Program-made: the position numbers and the translations under genes
The notes under the pieces: model-generated
What the model was told of the DNA's origin: nothing
Databases searched by the model: none
What the model saw: only the letters and a program-made list of their open reading frames with translations
Part shown: in pieces, positions 45,876 to 53,210 of the stretch
Layout of the letters: every line of letters starts with the position of its first letter
Numbering within the stretch: the stretch's first letter is position 1
Assembly: GCA_030699935.1 (NCBI GenBank)
Contig: JAUYKS010000002.1
Location: 81-64,080 of the forward strand
Length of the DNA stretch: 64,000 nucleotides
Origin: a bacterium
GTDB lineage: Bacteria > Patescibacteriota > SICC01
Direction: 5' to 3'

Positions 45876-46142
45876 ATGCCCACGATAGCTCCACCGGATA
45901 CCCATGAGATCGTACGTAACGATCCGGAAGTCGTCCCGAACCCCATCATTGATGAGGAGCCCGAGCCCGAGGAAGAGACTCCCGACGAGGGAATCTGCCA
46001 CCTGCAGGACGATAACTGTCGCACGCTGTGCGGCGCCGATGGCCTGGCCATGCCGCTGAGCGGCCTTCAGAACCCAAAGGCCTCCCCCTGCGAAGGCGGT
46101 TGCGGCTATGCCCGCTGTCAGCAGTGCGTTTCGTTCGTGTAG
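45876..46142 (+). CDS. Small Cys-rich putative metal-binding protein (88 aa)
   Basis: SD AGAGGA; acidic/Pro-rich N-terminus, then CH...C..LCG...C..GC....C..C. Confidence 0.65.
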   Translation: MPTIAPPDTHEIVRNDPEVVPNPIIDEEPEPEEETPDEGICHLQDDNCRTLCGADGLAMPLSGLQNPKASPCEGGCGYARCQQCVSFV

Positions 46143-46254
46143 CTCCAGATCGGGTTGTGAAGTACGGGCGCGCGACAGGACCACAACTGAAGATTTCCAT
46201 CTTCAGCCTGCCGCCGCGCCCACCCGATTGACTAGGCAGGTTAAGGATAAAAAG

Positions 46255-47577
46255 TTACTGGTACGTCACACTTGGAGTTCGCGGCTGCAACGAAGTCGGC
46301 TGTACGGGGGTACCGAAGTAGTTGCCAAGGAGATCCTCTTTCGGGAGCCGGCCCGGCCCGGACGGGTCGTACCCTCGCTGGACCTCGGCGCCGTCCTTGT
46401 GTCCGTCGCCGTCCGAGTCCTGTCGTTTCGGGTCGGTCTCGAAGTACCGCTCCGCCAAATCGACCAAGCCGTCGCGGTCCCCGTCCGCCTCGGCTTCCCG
46501 CTCAAGCTGCTTGAAGGTCAATGACTGCTTCGGGGCGGAAACCGACATCGGCTCGTCATACTTCGTTATCGTCAGGGTGCTGTCACTGACAAAGCGCATA
46601 CCCCCGGCGTCCTCCCCGCTGATCTCATCGTGACTTTTCACTTTCCGGATGGTGCCGTCCCGCTTGGATACCCATACGTCGATCGGATCGTTCCGCTTCG
46701 GAGTGGGGATATCGCCCCGGAGCGACTTGCGTTCCTCGGCGGTCAGATCGCGGCGCGCCACTATCGGCGCGATCGCTTGGTAAAATTCCTGCAGGTTGTC
46801 GTAATCGATCTTCAGCCGGTAGTGCCGAGCCGGCTCTCCGCCGATCTGGTCGTCCTTTTGCGGCTTGATCTCCTTTACCAAAGGATGTTGTTTTAGGACG
46901 TCCTTGATCTTCTTAATCTCGTCTTCAGTGAGGGGCTTCAGGTAATCGTCCACCGTCTTGCCGTCCGAGTCCTTTTCCTTGGCGGTGTCGAACGAAATCC
47001 AGAAGTTCTCGAACGGCTTGAGGTTCAGCATCTTGTTTTGGGGCGCTTTGGTCATCGCCCCGTAGATAGTCTTCCGGAGATAGCGGAATTCCAGCTCAGC
47101 GTCACCCTGGCCGACGCTACCCAGCGTACCTCCCACGCCGAGCTTCAGCGAAGCTTTCGGACTGTCCGTCTCGCGCCCGTCGTAGTCACCGCTGTATTTG
47201 ACGGTGGCGTCGATGCGTTCCGCGGCCGGGTTCTTACTGTCGGTGCCGGCTTGTTTCACGTCTACTGCACCTTCGAAGTGGAGGGACCGTGCGGAAGCCA
47301 ACTTATCGGCTGCCCGGTAAAGTACCCGTTCCGGAGAAAGGTACACCAGGAAATACGCCGCGGTTCCGCCGGCGATCAGCAGCACCAAGGTGACTGCCAG
47401 CGCCGCTACTTTCCAGTTCAGGCGTCGCTTGGCGGGGGAATCGCCCGGTGCGGTTGGTGCGGGCGAGGCAGCGGCTTCGTCAGCCTGCCCAGCCGCGGCT
47501 GCCTGTCGGTACGCTTCGGCTTGGGCCGATTCAGCCTCGGTATCGACGGGGTTCCCGGGTTGGCCTGAATTGATCAT
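46255..47577 (-). CDS. Membrane-anchored surface protein with LolA/LppX-like region and thrombospondin type 3-like Ca-binding repeats
   Basis: TM near aa 55-80; C-terminal DGDRDGLVD.AE....TDP...DSDGDGHKDGAEV..GYDP. The LppX-like call is tentative. Confidence 0.7.
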   Translation of the reverse strand: MINSGQPGNPVDTEAESAQAEAYRQAAAAGQADEAAASPAPTAPGDSPAKRRLNWKVAALAVTLVLLIAGGTAAYFLVYLSPERVLYRAADKLASARSLHFEGAVDVKQAGTDSKNPAAERIDATVKYSGDYDGRETDSPKASLKLGVGGTLGSVGQGDAELEFRYLRKTIYGAMTKAPQNKMLNLKPFENFWISFDTAKEKDSDGKTVDDYLKPLTEDEIKKIKDVLKQHPLVKEIKPQKDDQIGGEPARHYRLKIDYDNLQEFYQAIAPIVARRDLTAEERKSLRGDIPTPKRNDPIDVWVSKRDGTIRKVKSHDEISGEDAGGMRFVSDSTLTITKYDEPMSVSAPKQSLTFKQLEREAEADGDRDGLVDLAERYFETDPKRQDSDGDGHKDGAEVQRGYDPSGPGRLPKEDLLGNYFGTPVQPTSLQPRTPSVTYQ

Positions 47578-47641
47578 GACAATTAGAAAATTGCTTAATG
47601 GTACTACTTTTCAGCGTAACAGTCAAGCGTATGGGTCGGTG

Positions 47642-47725
47642 CGGAGGGTGAGGGACTCGAACCCCCAAGCCCTTGCGGGCGCCGGTTTTCAAGACCGGTG
47701 CAATAGCCAATTCTGCCAACCCTCC
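47642..47725 (-). tRNA. tRNA-Ser(TGA)
   Basis: GGAGGGTTGGCAGAATTGGCTATTGCACCGGTCTTGAAAACCGG...GGTTCGAGTCCCTCACCCTCCG. Confidence 0.95.
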
Positions 47726-47806
47726 GTGTTTCCAGCTTACCGCGCCAGCCGGTTGTCGGCATCGTCGGATCGGTGCACCATGGACTCTTGTCATCCCGGC
47801 GGAGAC

Positions 47807-47835
47807 TTGACAGAAACACCTAAAAATGTTATGGT
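47807..47835 (+). promoter_or_regulatory. Sigma70 promoter of pilB-spoIID
   Basis: TTGACA-17-TATGGT with extended TG. Confidence 0.65.
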
Positions 47836-47881
47836 TACGTAATTTCTGTGGACATGCGTCCCCAGATCCAAACCATGCACC

Positions 47882-49900
47882 ATGGCCAATGACAATCTGA
47901 CAGCACGGGAAAAAGCCAAACTGGCCGACTTCGTCCGGAAGGACCTGGACGCCAGCCAACCTTCGGCGTCTGGAGCTACCGGAGCGGCGGCGGACGAGTT
48001 GGGCAGCGACCTGAAGAAGAACGAGGAAGGCCGCCGCAAGCAACTCAACACGATGACGCCTTCGGTGAAGGATGACCGCGAGGTGATCAAGAAGGCGGAA
48101 GCGGCCGGCAAGCACGCTCCGAACGTCGAGGAGGACGTAGACTTCTTCTCGCGCGGCGACGTCAGCAAGGTGGTCGACGAGCTCAAGGCCGAGAAGGTCG
48201 AGGAAAGACAACGCGTCGCCGCCAAGAAGGCGCAACTCCCGTTCGTGCGGCTGATCGGCTACCCGATCAGTCCCGAAGTCCTGGCGATCATCCCGCGCGA
48301 GGTCGCCGAACGGTACGGCATCATCGCCTACATCAAGGCCGGCCGGAAGGTCCGGCTCGGCGTACTGCGGCCGGGAACCAAGGAGACGGTGCAGGCGCTG
48401 GATTCGCTCGGGCGGGCCACCCCGTTCGACTTCCTGATCGCAGGCATCGGCGAGGACTCGTACCGCTACGCGATGCAGCTCTACGAGGAGCTGCCGCAAG
48501 CCGTGAAGTCCGCGTCGGACGTTTCGGTCGGCGCCGCGGATAAGCAGGCCTTCGAGACGGACATCAAGTCGTTCCTCGACCTCAAGGCGAAGATCACCAA
48601 CGTGCCGACGACCAAGGTCGTGGACACGCTGCTCAGCGGCGCGGTGAAGGTCGGCGCTTCCGACGTGCACATCGAGCCGGTCGAGGACGGCGTCCGCATC
48701 CGCTACCGGATGGACGGCGTGCTGCATACGGTCGCCGATTTCAAGGCGGACATCCTGGCCAGCCTGCTCTCGCGGCTGAAGTTCCTCGGGAAACTGAAGC
48801 TCGACGTGAACCGGATGCCGCAGGACGGACGGTTTACGATCAAGGAAGGTGGCGCGGACGGGTCCGGCGCGGACGGCGCGGAAGACTCCGGTTTGAGCGG
48901 GGCCGCGCAAGGCGGCAGCGACACCAAGTTCGGCTCAAGGAAGGCCGGTGCCAAGGCGCACGAGATCGACGTCCGCGTGGCGACGATGCCGTCGCAGTAC
49001 GGCGAAGCGATCACGATGCGGCTGCTCTCCCGCGACTCCGTGACGATCGGCCTGGACTCGCTCGGCCTGACCGGCGAGGCCCGGAAGACGGTCCTGGCCG
49101 CGATCGGCAAACCGCAGGGGTTGGTACTCGAGTGCGGGCCGACCGGCTCCGGCAAGACCACCACGCTGTACTCGCTGCTGACGCGGCTGAACGATCCGGA
49201 GAAGAAACTGGTGACGCTGGAGGATCCGGTGGAATACCGGCTGCCTGGCGTGATCCAGTCGCAGATCGATCCCGAACACGGCTACGACTTCGGCGAGGGA
49301 TTCCGCTCGGTGTTGCGGCTCGACCCGGACGTCCTGATGATCGGGGAGATCCGCGACCGGAAGACGGCCGACCAGGCGGTCCAGGCTGCGCTGACCGGAC
49401 ACATCGTGCTGTCGACGCTCCACACCAACGACGCGCCGACCGCGATTCCGCGGCTGAGTGACCTCGGCGTGCGTCCGTTCTTGCTGGCGAACGCGATCAA
49501 CGCGGTAATCGCCCAGCGGCTGGTCCGGAAGGTCTGCCCGCACTGCGCGGTCGAGACCAAGCCCGACGACACGGCGATGGAAGCGGTCCGGAAGGCGCTG
49601 AAGGGCCTGCCGCCGACGGCCAAGGACAGCCTGCCGCCGGAAAAGGAATGGCTCTTCATGAAGGGCAAAGGCTGCACCCGTTGCAACGGCACCGGCTACT
49701 CGGGCCGGATCGGCATCTTCGAGGTCCTGACGATCAACGAGGAATTGGAGCGCATGGCGATGAACCACGTTCCGGTCAGCCAGATCCGACAGGCCGCCCG
49801 GCAGGCGGGTATGATGACGTTGGAACAGGACGGCTTGCTGAAGGCCCTGGCCGGGGTCACCACGGTCGACGAGGTCTGGCGGGTCGCCCGGGACATCTGA
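47882..49900 (+). CDS. pilB: Type IV pilus/T2SS assembly ATPase (PilB/GspE family)
   Basis: ASDVHIEP, PQDGRF, GPTGSGKTTTLY, TLEDPVEY, LRLDPD..IGEIRD, TGH.VLSTLHTN, tetra-Cys motif. Confidence 0.93.
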   Translation: MANDNLTAREKAKLADFVRKDLDASQPSASGATGAAADELGSDLKKNEEGRRKQLNTMTPSVKDDREVIKKAEAAGKHAPNVEEDVDFFSRGDVSKVVDELKAEKVEERQRVAAKKAQLPFVRLIGYPISPEVLAIIPREVAERYGIIAYIKAGRKVRLGVLRPGTKETVQALDSLGRATPFDFLIAGIGEDSYRYAMQLYEELPQAVKSASDVSVGAADKQAFETDIKSFLDLKAKITNVPTTKVVDTLLSGAVKVGASDVHIEPVEDGVRIRYRMDGVLHTVADFKADILASLLSRLKFLGKLKLDVNRMPQDGRFTIKEGGADGSGADGAEDSGLSGAAQGGSDTKFGSRKAGAKAHEIDVRVATMPSQYGEAITMRLLSRDSVTIGLDSLGLTGEARKTVLAAIGKPQGLVLECGPTGSGKTTTLYSLLTRLNDPEKKLVTLEDPVEYRLPGVIQSQIDPEHGYDFGEGFRSVLRLDPDVLMIGEIRDRKTADQAVQAALTGHIVLSTLHTNDAPTAIPRLSDLGVRPFLLANAINAVIAQRLVRKVCPHCAVETKPDDTAMEAVRKALKGLPPTAKDSLPPEKEWLFMKGKGCTRCNGTGYSGRIGIFEVLTINEELERMAMNHVPVSQIRQAARQAGMMTLEQDGLLKALAGVTTVDEVWRVARDI

Positions 49901-49913
49901 CCGGACGAAAGCC

Positions 49914-51377
49914 GTGAAACAAAATCTTCGCAAAACCGCCTTTACCGTCGCGCTCTGCTCCCTGATCGGAGCCGGCTTGGCGATTCCTTCGGCGTCGGCG
50001 CAGGACAGCTTGGAAAAGGCCCGGGCGGATAAGTCGCTGTATCAGGGACAGCAGCAAGTATTGAATGAGCGTAAGCTTTCCTCCGCCGACGATCTCCGCC
50101 TGGCCAAGAAAACCCTAAGCAAGCATAGGCAGGTCGTCGCGGCGAGTGAGGCCAAGCTTGAAGAAGTCAACGAGCGCATAACCCGGCTTAAAGCAGAACG
50201 CGGGAGTGCCATGGAGGAAGCTTATGTCACCTCCGGACGCGAAAACCTGTTGTTCGCGCTGGTGGACTCGACTTCGCTCAGCGAATTCCTGCGGCGAGGC
50301 CAGTACACGATCTTTCTAGTCAACCGGAAGGAAGACCTGGTTACCTCGCTTGATGGACGAATCGCCGGGCTCGATACGGAGCGGCGTGATCTGGTGACGG
50401 CGCAGAATGCGCTGGAGGATGATATCCGGCGACTGGCCGATCAGATCGCCCTGCTGGAACTCCAGCTGAAAGCGAATGCCGACAACCTGGCCGATGCCGC
50501 AGCTCGTGAGGCCTACCTCAGTACGGTCACGGGGTGCAGCAACCGGAATCATCGCGACGTGACCAAGCAAAACGGACCGGTGGATGGGCGGTTCGCGTTC
50601 GTCGGCAGTGGGACCGACCATGGGCTCGGGATGAGCCAGTTCGGCGCGCGTGGTGCTGCCAAGCATGGTAAGAACTACAAGGAAATCCTGAATCACTATT
50701 ACCGTGGCACGCGACTCGATACTACCGATGCCCATGCTGGTTACCGCGGCAATCTGGATCGGTATGTAGCCGGTGTGGTCCAAGGCGAGATGGGCCAGTT
50801 CACCTCGGAACGATCTGCGCGTGAAGCGTTAAAAGCCCAAGCGGTCGCAGCTCGCAGCTTTGCCGTCGCCACGTTGAACTCCGGCGGCCAGCTTGATGAC
50901 ACGACCGGCACACAGGTGTACACGAGTCCGCGTGCCGCTGCCAGCCGCGTCGCCAACGACACGGCACGGCAGGTACTGACCTATGACGGTTCGGTAATCC
51001 CGGCGTACTACCACTCGACGTCCGGCGGCTGGACGGAAAACAACGAGAACGTTTGGGGTGGCCGACCGCTGCCTTGGCTGCGCGGCGTCGCGAGCCCGCT
51101 GGAGACCGATTCGCCCTCCTGGCGCTGGGAGTCCCGTGGAAGCTATTCCCGGTCCCAGATGGAGGACATCATGAACAGCGATCCGCTGACCAGCGTCGGG
51201 CGGCTCGAGACGGTGCGTATTGCCAAACGGTGCGTGTCCGGACGGGTGGCCGTAGTGGAGGTACGCGGCTCCCGGGGAACCAAGAAGGTCACCGGTAACG
51301 AGTTCCGGGACATCATGTACAGCGCCCCTGCTTCCGACGAAAGCTTCTGGTTGTCTACGCTGTTCGGGTTCCGGTAA
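49914..51377 (+). CDS. SpoIID/LytB-domain peptidoglycan lytic protein with N-terminal coiled coil
   Basis: Signal peptide; coiled coil; HGLGMSQFGA, EIL.HYY.G, EALKAQAVAARS, YHSTSGG.TE. Confidence 0.9.
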   Translation: MKQNLRKTAFTVALCSLIGAGLAIPSASAQDSLEKARADKSLYQGQQQVLNERKLSSADDLRLAKKTLSKHRQVVAASEAKLEEVNERITRLKAERGSAMEEAYVTSGRENLLFALVDSTSLSEFLRRGQYTIFLVNRKEDLVTSLDGRIAGLDTERRDLVTAQNALEDDIRRLADQIALLELQLKANADNLADAAAREAYLSTVTGCSNRNHRDVTKQNGPVDGRFAFVGSGTDHGLGMSQFGARGAAKHGKNYKEILNHYYRGTRLDTTDAHAGYRGNLDRYVAGVVQGEMGQFTSERSAREALKAQAVAARSFAVATLNSGGQLDDTTGTQVYTSPRAAASRVANDTARQVLTYDGSVIPAYYHSTSGGWTENNENVWGGRPLPWLRGVASPLETDSPSWRWESRGSYSRSQMEDIMNSDPLTSVGRLETVRIAKRCVSGRVAVVEVRGSRGTKKVTGNEFRDIMYSAPASDESFWLSTLFGFR

Positions 51378-51384
51378 GCGAAAG

Positions 51385-51446
51385 CCCCCGTCAATCTGAA
51401 TAGATCTTGGGGGGCGGGATCCCGCCAGCCGGATTGCTGGCGGGGG
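51385..51446. terminator. Twin hairpins between convergent genes
   Basis: GCCCCC...GGGGGC and CCCGCCAGC-CGGATT-GCTGGCGGG. Confidence 0.5.
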
Positions 51447-51466
51447 TAGCTGCGATGGTGCTGGAC

Positions 51467-52033
51467 TTAGTTGTAGAGCTTGCCTTGTCGCTCTTCGTTC
51501 CATCGGATCCACACATGGGTCTGGATGAGGAAATGGACTAGCCCGAAAGTCGTCATGAATGCCGCGATGCCGACAGGGTTGGTTCCCGCCTCGATAGAAA
51601 GCAGAACTCCTAGCGTCAGCCAAACCGGTGCTGAGCCAATCAGCACGATCGGGATGAACGGCCGCTTTGCCGCCTTCCGACGGTCCACATAACCGGCTTG
51701 CAGGACCATGACAACTGCCAGGTAGGCCGCAAGAATCCACCAGTCCAGCGTTCCGTGGTCGATCAGCCAAAGGGCCGCACCGACCTGGAGGCCGAGCGAG
51801 AGGACGGCGGTGTCCAGCTCGTGCCACAGTCCGCGACGGTCCGTGAGATAGAACAGCGTTCGCGCCATCCCGTCGAGCCCATGGCTGAGGATTCCGGCTG
51901 CGAACAGCCAGAATGCCTGCTCCCCGGTGATGGTGACTTCCGGTATGAACGGAAGCCCGGACAGGGCCGGCAATGCCAACAGGGCGATTACTGGCACGCG
52001 CACCAGCGTGATTAGATTCGGGAGCCAATACAT
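51467..52033 (-). CDS. Membrane protein, degenerate CDP-alcohol phosphatidyltransferase-like
   Basis: SD AAGGAGG; LPNLITLVR; HGLDGMAR...G....LDT (canonical D-x2-DG-x2-AR...G-x3-D-x3-D only partly kept). Confidence 0.55.
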   Translation of the reverse strand: MYWLPNLITLVRVPVIALLALPALSGLPFIPEVTITGEQAFWLFAAGILSHGLDGMARTLFYLTDRRGLWHELDTAVLSLGLQVGAALWLIDHGTLDWWILAAYLAVVMVLQAGYVDRRKAAKRPFIPIVLIGSAPVWLTLGVLLSIEAGTNPVGIAAFMTTFGLVHFLIQTHVWIRWNEERQGKLYN

Positions 52034-52159
52034 GACCCCTCCTTTCCGTTCGACTTCCGTTTGCAGAACAATCAATCAAAATCGCGAGCGATTGCTCTGG
52101 GGCGGAAGCCGGCATGTGAAGGTCCGAGCCAGTAACAATACCGCTAACTTTTGCCTAAA

Positions 52160-53191
52160 TCAAGGTGATTTTTGGGAAATTCGGAATCCGAGCAGTTCCG
52201 CCCGACGCCGGTGCTCGGCGGCTTCCTTGGCGTTTCCTTCGGCCTTTTCCAGCTCGGATTTGAGGTACCAGGAGTATCCGAACCCCGGATCCAAGTCAAT
52301 CGAGATGCCGATGGCGCGGCGCGCGTCATCGTAGTCGCCGCTGGCCAGGTCGCTCGCCGCCCGAAGATTCCAGCCGTCGCGGTATTCCGGCTGCCGTTCA
52401 CTGGCGGTCCGGCCGATCCGGCCTGCCGCCGACCGCTCGTCCAGCTCGAGGAGCAGGCTGCCGCGCATGACTCGGCGACTGAAGGCTTCCTTCGTCCGGG
52501 CCATGTTGCGGAGAACGGGCGCGATCTCAAGGACGGCGTCATCCGGCACCGCGACGAGCCGGTTCAGGAACGCCGCCACGGCGGGGTCCGGGTGGATTAC
52601 CTGCGGGACGGTCGGGCTAAGCGAGCGCAAGATGACCGCGGTGCGGTCGGGGTCGTCGACCGATTCGGCGAGAATCGCAGGGTATGCGCCGACGATGCTC
52701 TGAGCTCCCGTGCTGAGCCGCGCGGCGGTAGCGAAGTCGGTCGCGTCGACGGCGGCGTGGGAAAGGCCGAGCCTGACGACGGTGTCGGCCGGGTCGCCGA
52801 GTTGGTCGCGGGCGGACTCGTAGGCCCCCAGGTTGTCCTGGGCCCCGGCGGCCCCGGCGGCGGCGCGGCCCAGCGCGGCGAACTTTCCGTCCGCGGCCGC
52901 GAAGTGTTCCAGCGCCCGCCGGTAGTCGCCGCGGAGGTAGGCGAGCGAGCCGAGTGACAAGGCGCGGTCTGGCTCGGGCGAGATCGCGTAGGCCAACCGG
53001 GCCTGCTGATAACTGGCGGCGACGTCGTGCCGCGCGAGCAGGGACCGCGACTCGGTATCGTACCGCTGGGCCTGGTCGGCGCGCCAACTGGCGGTCGCGA
53101 ACCAAACGATACCGCCGGCCGCCACCAGCAGGATCGCCGCGGTCGCCAGGGCCGTGGCAAACCGACTGACCCGCCGGATGCCCGGGCGCAA
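52160..53191 (-). CDS. Membrane-anchored TPR-like repeat protein
   Basis: TM, then helical repeats (LGSLAYLRGDY..A; PEYRDGWN; A...I.ISIDLDP.FG.SWY). Start uncertain: TTG 53191, or ATG 53302 inside valS. Confidence 0.7.
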   Translation of the reverse strand: MRPGIRRVSRFATALATAAILLVAAGGIVWFATASWRADQAQRYDTESRSLLARHDVAASYQQARLAYAISPEPDRALSLGSLAYLRGDYRRALEHFAAADGKFAALGRAAAGAAGAQDNLGAYESARDQLGDPADTVVRLGLSHAAVDATDFATAARLSTGAQSIVGAYPAILAESVDDPDRTAVILRSLSPTVPQVIHPDPAVAAFLNRLVAVPDDAVLEIAPVLRNMARTKEAFSRRVMRGSLLLELDERSAAGRIGRTASERQPEYRDGWNLRAASDLASGDYDDARRAIGISIDLDPGFGYSWYLKSELEKAEGNAKEAAEHRRRAELLGFRISQKSP

Positions 53192-53210
53192 CCGCCGCCG
53201 CGCCTGCCGC

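Noticed and set aside
46149-46228. Hammerhead-like CTGAAGA..GAAA..GTC on the minus strand
   Set aside because: Stem II is essentially absent, stem III is weak and stem I is out of register; kept only as a generic structured region.
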